Below, in pieces: positions 8,505 to 17,379 of a stretch of 64,000 nt of DNA (positions are counted from its first letter, which is position 1; each line of letters begins with the position of its first letter). This DNA comes from Myxococcota bacterium (GTDB lineage Bacteria; Myxococcota_A; UBA9042; PHBI01; JAWLBL01). The DNA lies in assembly GCA_041687695.1 (NCBI GenBank), contig JAWLBL010000002.1, forward strand, positions 102,761-166,760, given 5' to 3'. The notes beneath the pieces are model-generated. The model searched no databases, was not told the DNA's origin, and saw only the letters and a list, made by a program, of their open reading frames with translations. The translations under genes were made by a program, and so were the position numbers.

Positions 8505-9163
8505 CCGGCGTCGCGGGCGGCCTCTTCGGTGGCGAAGGGCACGCGGTTGCGGGGCGAGACGTCGGCGTAGTTGGGGCAGTCGGGGCGGTGGTAGATGCGG
8601 CTGTTGCGGTTGCCCAGGATGGGGGCGTCGGGGGGCGGGGCGGGGCGGGGCTCCTTGGGGCCCCTGGGCTTGCGTTTGATGGCGCGGTGGTCCCAGGGGG
8701 CGGTGGGGGAGGGGGCGCTCCACAGGCCCCGGCGGGCCTGGCGGGCCTGGCGCTCGAGGCGGGCGAGGCGGGCGTCCTTGGAGTATTTGACGAAGTGCCA
8801 GGCGTGGCCGGAGCGGACCAGGGCGGCGTTGAGGGAGGTGCCGTCGGGCAGGAAGACCTCGGCGAGGCGGCGGCCGTAGACGTCGGCTCCTTGGTCGCGG
8901 ACGGTCAGGGTGCGGTGGAGGGTCAGGCGGCGGGTCTCGGCCTTGGCCTGCTGACCGAAGGGCTGGTCGAGCTCGGGACAGTCGATGCCGACGAGGCGGA
9001 TGGAGGTGCGGCGGCCCTTGGCCTCGACCACCAGGGTGTCGCCGTCGTCGACGTGGACCACCTTGGCCCGGGGCGGGACCGGCGGGTCGGCGCGGCGGGC
9101 CTCGGCCGGGGCGGCGAGGGCGAGCAGCGCGACGAGCGCGAGGGAGGCGGCGAGGCGGGGCAT
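8477..9163 (-). CDS. Secreted thermonuclease (SNase) with C-terminal Ada-type metal-binding domain
   Basis: DGDT, IRLVGIDCPE, DVYGRRLA and LNAALVRSGHA motifs; tail GNRNSRIYHRPDC...AGYRRARNC; signal peptide. Confidence 0.92.
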   Translation of the reverse strand: MPRLAASLALVALLALAAPAEARRADPPVPPRAKVVHVDDGDTLVVEAKGRRTSIRLVGIDCPELDQPFGQQAKAETRRLTLHRTLTVRDQGADVYGRRLAEVFLPDGTSLNAALVRSGHAWHFVKYSKDARLARLERQARQARRGLWSAPSPTAPWDHRAIKRKPRGPKEPRPAPPPDAPILGNRNSRIYHRPDCPNYADVSPRNRVPFATEEAARDAGYRRARNCP

Positions 9164-9199
9164 CCGCGCAGGGTAGCACGGCGGCCGGGGCGGGACGCC

Positions 9200-10435
9200 T
9201 CAGAAGAACGTCTGGCCGTGGCCGCGGTAGGTCGGGGCGCGGTGGACCAGGGTGTCGCCGCGGAAGCAGAGGACCTCGGCGAAGCGCTCGGCCAGCTCGC
9301 CCGCCTTGGCGTGGCGGCACAGGACCGGGTCGCCGATGGCCAGGGTGGGGGCGGCCGAGGTGCGGCGGAAGGGGGTCTGGACCTCTCCGAAGCCCTCCAT
9401 CGGCAGGGGGTGCAGGCCCGGCGGGAGGTGGACGACGGGTGCGCGGTCGGGGCCGGGGGCGCCGGAGGCGATGTAGCCGCCGCCCGAGCAGGTGAGGTGG
9501 TCGGGGTCGGAGGCGCGGGCGACCGGGAGGGCGAAGAAGAGGGCGGGGTGGAGGGGCAGGCCCTGGTAATGGTCGAACAGGTGCGGGGCGACGAAGCCGG
9601 AGCCGGCGGTGACCTCGGTGACCGAGCCGTCGCGGGAGGTGGAGGCGATGGAGCCGGTGCCGCCGCCGTTGACCAGGGTCACCGGGTGGCCGGCGGCGCG
9701 GAGGGCGTCGACGATGGCGCGGCGGCGGGCGGCGGCGAGCGGGCGCGAGCGGGCCTTGATGGCGCGGCGGACCGGGTCGAGGGGGCGGCTGTGGGGGTGG
9801 ACGTCGGGGAGGCCGGCGACCTGGGCCTCGTAGGCGAGGACGGCGGTGAGGGTGAGGTGGGGGGCGTCGGCGACCAGGCGGGCGAGGCGGAGGGCGTCGG
9901 CGGGGGCGCGCAGGGGGCTGCGGCGGACGCCGAAGTGGGCGAGGCCGCCCAGGGGGCGCCAGGAGGCGTCGACGTCGAGGCAGACCTCGAGGCGGGCGTC
10001 GGCGGCGCGGGCGGCGGTGGCGAGGAGGGCGACGTGCTCGGGGGCGTCGACGGTGGCGAGGACGCGGGCGCCCGAGGCGGCGGCGGTGGCGATGGCGTGG
10101 GCCTCGTCGGGGCGGGCGACGGGGTAGGCGAGCAGGAGGTCGGTGAAGCCCTGGGTGGCGAGCCAGGCGGTCTCGTGGGCGGAGAAGGTCATGAGGCCCT
10201 GGAGGCGGGCGGGGGCGTGGTCCTGGAGGTAGCGCATGAGCCAGGGGAGGCGCAGGGACTTGGAGGCGAGGCGCAGGGTCGGGCCGGGGGCGAGCTGGGC
10301 GAGCAGGGTGGCCAGGTTGTGGTCGACCGCCTCCAGATCGAGGACGGCGGCGGGGAGGCGGTGGCCTCGCAGGCGGCGGCGCCAGCGGTCCCAGTCGGCG
10401 GCGGCGGGTGGGGAGGCGAGGGGGGCGGTGGTCAT
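9200..10435 (-). CDS. Fold-type III PLP enzyme (alanine racemase-like amino-acid deaminase/aldolase)
   Basis: LRLASKSLR (PLP lysine), YEAQVAG, NGGGTGS, EVTAGSG and RHAKAGEL motifs; ATG at 10435. Confidence 0.85.
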   Translation of the reverse strand: MTTAPLASPPAAADWDRWRRRLRGHRLPAAVLDLEAVDHNLATLLAQLAPGPTLRLASKSLRLPWLMRYLQDHAPARLQGLMTFSAHETAWLATQGFTDLLLAYPVARPDEAHAIATAAASGARVLATVDAPEHVALLATAARAADARLEVCLDVDASWRPLGGLAHFGVRRSPLRAPADALRLARLVADAPHLTLTAVLAYEAQVAGLPDVHPHSRPLDPVRRAIKARSRPLAAARRRAIVDALRAAGHPVTLVNGGGTGSIASTSRDGSVTEVTAGSGFVAPHLFDHYQGLPLHPALFFALPVARASDPDHLTCSGGGYIASGAPGPDRAPVVHLPPGLHPLPMEGFGEVQTPFRRTSAAPTLAIGDPVLCRHAKAGELAERFAEVLCFRGDTLVHRAPTYRGHGQTFF

Positions 10436-10789
10436 GGGCGGCCTCGGGCGGTGGGCTCGGTTCAAGCACGCGCGGGGGGGCAAGTCCAGGGCCGCCGAGG
10501 CCGGTGATTGGCGGGTGGCGGGTAGAAAAGATGCGCGGACGGGCCGGGGAGGCCGCTTGAAGCGGTACAGACGCTCGCGGGTGTGGTAGACGGTGCGACC
10601 CGCCGCCGCCAGAGCGCGGCGGGCAACCGCCTGCCCTGGACGTATTTCACTTTGCTTCCGAGGACTTATTTTCCTTGGGAGCGCCGTGCCACGCGTCGGG
10701 GTCGTGCAGGCAGCCGACGCGATGGGGGTGCCGACCGCCCGCGCTGGCCCTGAACACCCGTGGCTACGGTCGCGACCTGGAGGATTTGT

Positions 10790-11359
10790 ATGGCTGCTCG
10801 GCTCTTCGTGGGGAACTTGTCGTACGAGACGACGGAGGCGGATCTGCGCGCCCTGTTCGGCGAGGTCGGCGAGGTGACGCAGGTGCGGATCCCGCTCGAC
10901 CGCGAGTCGGGGCGGCCGCGCGGGTTCGCGTTCGTGGACTACTCGGAGCGGGCGCAGGCCGAGGCGGCGATCCGGCGCTTCGACCAGCAGCCCTTCAAGG
11001 GGCGGCCGCTGGGGGTGAGCGAGGCCACCGAGCGGGGCGCCGGGCCGGGTGGGCCGGGTGGACCGGGGCGTGGGCCTGGGCCTGGGCCTCGGCCGGGGCC
11101 GGGGCCGCGGATGGGCGACGGCGGGCCGCCGGCGCCGGCGGGCGCCAAGAACTTCGGGGCGGACGCGCCGGCGCGCGGGTCGCGACGGGCCGAGCCCTGG
11201 GCCGCCAAGGGCGGCGACAAGGGGCCCAAGCAGCCGATCCGCGAGCGGACCGGGGGGCCCAGCTTCGCCGGCGGCTACGACGACGACGAGACGGACGACG
11301 AGCTGGACGTGCCGTTCTGGGCGCAATCGGACGCCGAGGACGGCGACGAAGAAGAATGA
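10790..11359 (+). CDS. RRM RNA-binding protein with Gly/Pro-rich and acidic tail
   Basis: RNP2 LFVGNL and RNP1 RGFAFVDY; RBS GGAGGA before the ATG at 10790. Confidence 0.93.
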   Translation: MAARLFVGNLSYETTEADLRALFGEVGEVTQVRIPLDRESGRPRGFAFVDYSERAQAEAAIRRFDQQPFKGRPLGVSEATERGAGPGGPGGPGRGPGPGPRPGPGPRMGDGGPPAPAGAKNFGADAPARGSRRAEPWAAKGGDKGPKQPIRERTGGPSFAGGYDDDETDDELDVPFWAQSDAEDGDEEE

Positions 11360-11437
11360 AAATGTGGCCCCCGGTGTTCCGAGGGCCGCGAGCGGTGCTC
11401 CAGGACAGGGGCGAACCGGTTTCCAGGAGAGTGAGCC

Positions 11438-11662
11438 ATGGCCAAGTCGAAGCCCTCGGTACAGAAGCGCGAGCGCGAGAAGCTGCGCGCGCAGAAGAAG
11501 ATGGAAAAGGACGAGCGCAAGGCCGACGCCCAGTCGCGCAAGACGCGAGGAGGGCGCGGTGAAGGCGAGGAGGATCCGGACATCGCCGGGATCGTGCCGG
11601 GTCCGCAGCCGCTGCCTGAGGCGTTCTGGGACCACGAGGACGAGCGCAAAGGCGACGATTGA
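11438..11662 (+). CDS. Small highly charged hypothetical protein
   Basis: RBS AGGAGAG, typical codon use, Lys/Arg-rich helix followed by DPDIAGIVPGPQP. Confidence 0.75.
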   Translation: MAKSKPSVQKREREKLRAQKKMEKDERKADAQSRKTRGGRGEGEEDPDIAGIVPGPQPLPEAFWDHEDERKGDD

Positions 11663-11733
11663 GAAGGTGAGGGGGCGGGCCCTTCGCGCGCAGCGCGCCG
11701 GGGGGTTCGCCGTCCTGTGACGACGGGGGGGCC

Positions 11734-12633
11734 ATGCGCATCGGCGTGGACGTCGGCGGGACCAAGATCGAGGCGATCGCGCTGGACGAGCACGGCGCGA
11801 CGCTGGGGCGCGAGCGGGTCGCGACGCCGCAGGGCGACTACGAGGCGACGGTCGCGGCCATCGCCGGGCTGGTCGCGCGGCTGGAGGCGGCCGCGGGGCG
11901 GCGCGGGACGGTCGGGGTGGGGACGCCGGGGGCGGTGTCGCCGGCGACCGGGCTGATGAAGACGGCCAACTCGGTGTGCATGAACGGGCGGCCGCTGGCC
12001 GAGGACCTGGCGCGGGCGCTGGGGCGGCCGGTGCGCGTCGCGAACGACGCGAACTGCTTCGCGCTGAGCGAGGCGAGCGACGGGGCGGCGGCCGGGGCCG
12101 AGGTGGTCTTCGGGGTCATCGTGGGGACCGGGACCGGCGGCGGGCTGGTCGTGCACGGGCGGCCGGTGACGGGCGTGAACGCGCTGGCCGGCGAGTGGGG
12201 GCACAACCCGCTGCCGTGGCCGACGGCGGAGGAGTGGCCGGGGCCGCCGTGCTTTTGCGGCAAGACCGGGTGCGTCGAGCGGTTCCTGTCGGGGCCGGGG
12301 CTGCGCGAGGACCACCAGCGGGTGACGGGGGCGGCGCTGGAGCCGCGGGAGATCGTGACGCGGGCGGCGGCGGGGGAGGCGGCCGCGCGGGCGACGATGG
12401 AGCGGTACGCCGAGCGGATGGCGAAGGCGCTGGCGGCGCTGATCCACGTGGTGGACCCGGACGTCATCGTGCTGGGCGGCGGGATGTCGAACGTCGCGTG
12501 GCTGTACGACGAGGTGCCGCGGCGCTGGGGGCGGTGGGTGTTCTCGGACCGGCTGGACACGGCGCTGCGGCCGCCGCTGCACGGGGACGCGAGCGGCGTG
12601 CGCGGGGCGGCGTGGCTGTGGCCGGCGGGGTGA
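11734..12633 (+). CDS. mak: ROK family sugar kinase (fructokinase/Mak-like)
   Basis: IGVDVGGTKIE, NDANCFALSEA, GEWGHNPLPW, CFCGKTGCVE and GDASGVRGAAWLW motifs. Confidence 0.88.
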   Translation: MRIGVDVGGTKIEAIALDEHGATLGRERVATPQGDYEATVAAIAGLVARLEAAAGRRGTVGVGTPGAVSPATGLMKTANSVCMNGRPLAEDLARALGRPVRVANDANCFALSEASDGAAAGAEVVFGVIVGTGTGGGLVVHGRPVTGVNALAGEWGHNPLPWPTAEEWPGPPCFCGKTGCVERFLSGPGLREDHQRVTGAALEPREIVTRAAAGEAAARATMERYAERMAKALAALIHVVDPDVIVLGGGMSNVAWLYDEVPRRWGRWVFSDRLDTALRPPLHGDASGVRGAAWLWPAG

Positions 12634-12666
12634 GGCGCCCAGGGTGAGGCGGTGTGAGGCGGTGCG

Positions 12667-12897
12667 TCAGCCGTGGCCGGCGCCGAGGCGCTGGAGGATG
12701 CGGATGAGCTCGGCCTGGCTGAGGTCGAGGCGCTCGACGACGCGGCCCCAGAGCTGGATGGTGGGGACGCGGCGGCCGGGGCGCTCGCGCTGCAGCTCGG
12801 CCAGGGTGACGAGGACCACGCGCTCGGCGTGGGTGAGGCCGTCGCGGACGTCCGGGAGGGCGTCGTGGTGCGGCTCGTCGTCGTGGCGGTCGGTCAT
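12667..12897 (-). CDS. 76-aa hypothetical protein with GyrA/ParC N-terminal-like motif
   Basis: ALPDVRDGLTHAERVVL resembles GyrA RALPDVRDGLKPVHRRIL; helical remainder. Confidence 0.75.
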   Translation of the reverse strand: MTDRHDDEPHHDALPDVRDGLTHAERVVLVTLAELQRERPGRRVPTIQLWGRVVERLDLSQAELIRILQRLGAGHG

Positions 12898-12998
12898 GGG
12901 GAGCAGCCTTGGGCACGGGGGCGCGCGGCGTCAACGGTTGCCGGCGCGGGGGGCCGGGGCAACTCCTTGGATGTACTTGGACATTCGAGGAGGCGACC

Positions 12999-13553
12999 AT
13001 GGAGATCGCGTGCATCGTGGGGCAGGAGTTCGAGGACTCGGAGCTGCGCGTGCCGGTGGAGCGGCTGCGCGAGGCGGGCCACCACGTCATGATCGTCGGC
13101 GAAAAGCGCGGGATCACGCTGCGTGGCAAGCAGGGCAAGGAGAAGGTCACGGCCGACCTGTCGATCGACGAGGTCTCGCCGGAGCAGTTCGACGCGCTGC
13201 TGATCCCCGGCGGGCACTCGCCCGACCACCTGCGGGCCGACCGGCGCTTCGTGGACTTCGTCGACCGGTTCGACCGCTCGGGCAAGCTGGTGGCGACGGT
13301 GTGCCACGGGCCGCAGCTGCTCATCACGGCGGGCCGGGTCCAGGGGCGCAAGATGACCGCCTGGAAGACGGTGCAGGAGGACCTGCGTCAGGCCGGGGCG
13401 AAGGTGGTCGACCGGGAGGTGGTGGAGGACGGCAACCTCATCACGAGCCGCAACCCGGGGGACCTGGAGGCCTTCAGCGACGCCATCATCCAGCGGCTGG
13501 ACCGCTCGGGGGGGCGGGCTCGGCGAGGTCGAGAGGGAACGCCCGCACGGTGA
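12999..13553 (+). CDS. PfpI/DJ-1 family protein (type 1 glutamine amidotransferase-like)
   Basis: FEDSE, LIPGGHSPD, VCHGPQLL and LITSRNPGDL motifs; RBS GAGGAGG. Confidence 0.93.
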   Translation: MEIACIVGQEFEDSELRVPVERLREAGHHVMIVGEKRGITLRGKQGKEKVTADLSIDEVSPEQFDALLIPGGHSPDHLRADRRFVDFVDRFDRSGKLVATVCHGPQLLITAGRVQGRKMTAWKTVQEDLRQAGAKVVDREVVEDGNLITSRNPGDLEAFSDAIIQRLDRSGGRARRGREGTPAR

Positions 13554-14304
13554 CCAGGTGGCGGGCGGCGGCCCAGGGGGTCTTCGGGAGCCTGCAGAAG
13601 TAGCGCATCGCGGCCGGCAGGGTGCCGAAGGTGCGCTCGAGGGCGTGGAAGGCCTCGTTGCCGGCGACGTTCTCGCGCACGGGGGCGAGGGCGTCGCGGT
13701 CCTTTCGGAAGGCGCGGACGTAGGCGAGCAGGCGCGCGTGGTAGTCGGGGTCCTCGACGATGGCGCCGATGGAGCGGGCGCGGGGGTGGGTGCCGGCGAT
13801 CATGGCGGCCGTCTGGGATTCGAGCTCCTCGAGGCCGCGCTCGTAGGTCTCGAGGAGCTGGAGATCGTAGCAGGGGTTGGCGTGCACGACCTGCAGGAGG
13901 TGGCCGATGATGGTGTCGCGGTCGCTGAAGAAGCCGACCGGGTCGATCATCGAGCGCGGGTCGTCGAGGACGCGCAGGATCTGGTGGAAGGTGAAGTCGA
14001 TGCCCTTTTGGGCGTAGTAGTCGGCCGAGGCGGGGGTGATCCAGAAGCGCAGCATGTCGAGGCTGCCGACGACGAGCTGGACGCGGGAGGGGGCCTGGTC
14101 GATGGCGCCGAGGGCGTGCAGGCGGGCGAGGCGGGCGTCGAGGGCGCGGGCGTCGGCCCAGCGGCCCAGGGTGAGGCCGAAGTCGAGGGCCTTGCGGGCG
14201 AGCTCGGGCGGGGAGCCGGCGGCCTGGCGGAGCAGGTGCCAGGGCGAGCGGGTCAGGCGGGCGGGGGCCGGCTGATCGGCCGCGGCGGGGGCGGTGGTGG
14301 CCAT
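13486..14304 (-). CDS. Hypothetical protein
   Basis: 272-aa ORF with globular composition and strong GC3 bias; convergent 68-bp overlap with the PfpI gene. Confidence 0.75.
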   Translation of the reverse strand: MATTAPAAADQPAPARLTRSPWHLLRQAAGSPPELARKALDFGLTLGRWADARALDARLARLHALGAIDQAPSRVQLVVGSLDMLRFWITPASADYYAQKGIDFTFHQILRVLDDPRSMIDPVGFFSDRDTIIGHLLQVVHANPCYDLQLLETYERGLEELESQTAAMIAGTHPRARSIGAIVEDPDYHARLLAYVRAFRKDRDALAPVRENVAGNEAFHALERTFGTLPAAMRYFCRLPKTPWAAARHLVTVRAFPLDLAEPAPPSGPAAG

Positions 14305-14408
14305 CGGGCTTGCTCCGGGCGTCGGGAGAGGGTGGGATGGGCGCGGGCGGCCGGGACGTTAACGCGGTCCTGGCGTTGGCGCCAACCCCGGGAGGAGGTG
14401 GCAGGGAC

Positions 14409-15344
14409 ATGACGAGGACGAGGGTCGGGGCGCTCGCGGTGGCGCTGCTGCTGGGGCTGGCGGGCGCGGGGCCGGTGGCGAGGGCGGCTGTGCCCAAGCC
14501 GCAGGTGTTCATCGTGGTGAAGCGAGCGTCGCTGCCGGGGCTGGTCAAGGGCATCGAGCCGAACGACCTGCTGACGGCGGCCGAGCGGGCGGTGGACCGG
14601 GCCGAGGCGCTCTATCTGAAGGCGATGGAGGCGTGGGAGGCGGAGATGGAGCGGGCCCTGGAGCAGGGGGAGGAGCCGGGGCCGATGCCGACGCTGCAGC
14701 TGGACGAGGCGGTGAAGCTGGCGCGCGAGGCGCTGGCCAAGGGCGGGGAGGGGTGGACCCACGCGGACGCGGCGCGGTACCTGCTGGGCTGGGCGCTGAG
14801 CGAGACCGAGCGCGGGGCGGAGGGGGCGCGGGCGTGGGAGGAGCTGGTGGGCAAGACGCCCAAGAGCCCGTACGCCGCGGAGGCGCACCTGAGGCTGGGC
14901 GAGCGCGCCTTCCGGCTGGGGCGGGCGGCGCAGGCCGCGGGCCACTACGAGGCGGCCACCGGCGCGGCGGAGCCGAGCGTCGCCGCCTTCGCGACCTACA
15001 TGCTGGGCTGGTCGCGCTACCAGGCCGGCGACCGGCCGAGCGCCATCGCCGCCTTCCGGCGGGTGGTGGTGCATCCGATGGCGGGCGACGCCGCCTCGAC
15101 GTGGGGGCACCTGCGCCAGGACGCGGTGGCCTCCCTGGGCGTCATCCTGGCCGAGGCCGACTGGGACGGCGACGACCGGATGGACGCCGACGCGGGGCCG
15201 GCGCGCGTGCTGCATCTGTTCCCCGGCGACGGCCCGGGCGACCGCGACGTGCTGCGCGCCTGGCTGCAGGTCCTTCGAAAGGAGTCAGCCCCCGACGCGG
15301 AGCGGGCCGAGGCCGCGCTCCGCGAGCGGGGGCTGATGCCGTGA
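14409..15344 (+). CDS. Secreted TPR-like protein
   Basis: Signal peptide; TPR-like ARYLLGW, EAHLRLGE and ATYMLGWSRY segments. Confidence 0.75.
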   Translation: MTRTRVGALAVALLLGLAGAGPVARAAVPKPQVFIVVKRASLPGLVKGIEPNDLLTAAERAVDRAEALYLKAMEAWEAEMERALEQGEEPGPMPTLQLDEAVKLAREALAKGGEGWTHADAARYLLGWALSETERGAEGARAWEELVGKTPKSPYAAEAHLRLGERAFRLGRAAQAAGHYEAATGAAEPSVAAFATYMLGWSRYQAGDRPSAIAAFRRVVVHPMAGDAASTWGHLRQDAVASLGVILAEADWDGDDRMDADAGPARVLHLFPGDGPGDRDVLRAWLQVLRKESAPDAERAEAALRERGLMP

Positions 15345-15358
15345 GGGGCTGAGGCCGG

Positions 15359-17206
15359 TCAGTCGGCGCAGACGGTCGTGTCGCTGAGCGCGCAACCCTC
15401 GCCGAGGGCCGAGACGACGCAGGCGGCGGCCGCCTCGCCGCTGGACGCCAGGGCGCTGAGGGCGCCGGTGCAGGCCGCCTCGCACAGGCTCGTGCCGTCG
15501 TCGATGCAGACCTCGGCGCCGGTGCAGGCCGTCACGCACTCGGGCGCGACCTCGGCCTCGGCCAGAGCCTGGCAGGCGTTGATGGCCTCGCACTCGCTCA
15601 GGGCGGCGCAGCTGGCCACCATCACGGCCGGCGCGCCCAGGTCGAGCGTGCCCTGGCACTCGCCCTCGCACTCCTCGATCGACGCGACCTCGCCACAGGC
15701 CAGCAGGCTCGAGCAGGCGGCCCCGCAGATGGCGTCTCCGGCCTCCTCGGGCAGGCACTGGTCGACGATGACCCCGCAGTCGCCGTCGGCGGCCGCGACG
15801 CACATCATCAGCGGCTCGAGCTCGCCCTCATTGATGCTGTCGACCTTGCAGAAGGTCGCGCACTCGACCGGCGTCGGGCCGCCTTCGCCGCCGACGATGC
15901 CGCAGGCTGCCAGATCCGTGCACAGGGCCTCGCACTCGGGCGGCGTCGCGAAGGCGCACTGCAGCAGGACGCCGAAGACGTCCTCGCCCGTCTCGGGGCA
16001 CTCGGTGATGGTGGCGACACAGGCCTCGGCGCCGGTGGCGGCGCCCAGGCCGGTCTGGCCCACGGCGCCGGTGCAGAAGCCGGGGCAGTTGTCGGCCGTC
16101 AGGTCGCCGCCCAGGTCGCCCTCGCACAGCGCGGCCAGCCCGTCGCAGGTCTCCTGGCAGGCCGGGGCGATCTCGGGCGTCAGCTCGGCGCAGACGGTCG
16201 GGTCGCCGCAGTCGTTGGTCAGCAGGCAGCCGGCGAACACCAGGCCCGCGTCGGCGTCCTCGAACGGCTGGCAGGCCGACAGGCAGGCGTCCTGGTCCGC
16301 CCAGGTGTCGAAGACCGCGCTGCCGGGCGCGCAGTACAGGTCGTTGCCGGGCTCGCCGAAGACCTGCCCGCACAGCGCCTCGCACAGGCTGCCGCCGCTC
16401 GCGCAGGCCTGCACCTCGGCCTCGTTGCAGCCGTCCGCCGTGGCGTCCGCCAGGCAGGAGATGACGCCCTCGGCCGCCGGCGAGCCCGCCAGGAAGCCGG
16501 TGCACGCGGCGCGGCACAGGTCGGGCTGGTCCTCGGGCAGGTCGATGACCCCCAGCAGGTCGCACGCGTCGAGGCCGGCGCAGCCCGCGTCGCACGCGGG
16601 CGCCGGCGCGAACGGCTGGTCCTGGAAGCACAGCTCGGCGTCGCAGACGTCGGTCGCGCAGGTGTAGCTGGCCAGCCACCACCCGTCCTCGGTCGCGTTG
16701 GCGATGCAGCCCGCAAGGCACCCCTCGAGGCTGCCGCCCACGCCCGGCCAGTCCTGACCACACGAGTCGAGGATGTCGCCGCAGAGCCCCTCGCAGGCCG
16801 CCGTCACCAGGTCGCCGTCGAGCACCAGCGGCTCGGCGCCGTTCGTGTCCGGCTCGACGTCCGGCGCGACGTCCTGGTCGACGTCCTCGTCGACGTCGGT
16901 CAGCGCGTCCTCGTCGACGTCCTCGATCACGTCCGGCGTGACGTCCGGCTCCACGTCCTCGTCCACGTCCGGGCCCACGTCGGGGGTGACGTCTTCGTCG
17001 ACATCGGGCTCGGCGTCGGGCGTCACGTCCGGCTCGGCGTCGGGCTCGGTCACGTCCTCGCCGGTGTCGTCCTCGGCGTCGGGGGTCGCGTCCGCGGTGA
17101 TGTCCGTCGTGGCGTCGGGCTTCACCTCGCCGCCGTCGTCGTCACACGCGCTCGCGAAGAGCCCCAGCGCGAGCGCGAGGGCAAGGGTGCGGGTCGGCTG
17201 TCTCAT
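15359..17206 (-). CDS. Cysteine-rich repeat lipoprotein with acidic D/P/V/T linker
   Basis: Lipobox FASAC; repeated C-x3-C modules; RBS AGGAGGA 6 nt before the ATG at 17206. Confidence 0.85.
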   Translation of the reverse strand: MRQPTRTLALALALGLFASACDDDGGEVKPDATTDITADATPDAEDDTGEDVTEPDAEPDVTPDAEPDVDEDVTPDVGPDVDEDVEPDVTPDVIEDVDEDALTDVDEDVDQDVAPDVEPDTNGAEPLVLDGDLVTAACEGLCGDILDSCGQDWPGVGGSLEGCLAGCIANATEDGWWLASYTCATDVCDAELCFQDQPFAPAPACDAGCAGLDACDLLGVIDLPEDQPDLCRAACTGFLAGSPAAEGVISCLADATADGCNEAEVQACASGGSLCEALCGQVFGEPGNDLYCAPGSAVFDTWADQDACLSACQPFEDADAGLVFAGCLLTNDCGDPTVCAELTPEIAPACQETCDGLAALCEGDLGGDLTADNCPGFCTGAVGQTGLGAATGAEACVATITECPETGEDVFGVLLQCAFATPPECEALCTDLAACGIVGGEGGPTPVECATFCKVDSINEGELEPLMMCVAAADGDCGVIVDQCLPEEAGDAICGAACSSLLACGEVASIEECEGECQGTLDLGAPAVMVASCAALSECEAINACQALAEAEVAPECVTACTGAEVCIDDGTSLCEAACTGALSALASSGEAAAACVVSALGEGCALSDTTVCAD

Positions 17207-17379
17207 CCGCCATCCTCCTGGGTCGTGGTCGGGTAGGTTCGATGCAGTGCGGCGCATTGTACGCGCGGCGCGCCACCGGCTCCAGAAGTCGACTACGCCG
17301 GACCAGCAGTCGCACCTTCACTTGTGGTAGGCGGCTCCCTATGATGTCGCGCGCTCGAACCTCGACCGACCGGAAGCCC

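Noticed and set aside
7251..9163. HNH plus thermonuclease as a two-nuclease defence system
   Set aside because: The genes are convergent, the thermonuclease is secreted, and copy 2 has no such neighbour; adjacency looks like an insertion site.
4011..10507. Very long Arg/Pro/Gly-rich ORFs (4011-6476, 4169-7315, 7134-10469, 7649-10507 and similar throughout the window)
   Set aside because: These are shadow frames caused by scarce stop codons at very high GC; they overlap better-supported genes.
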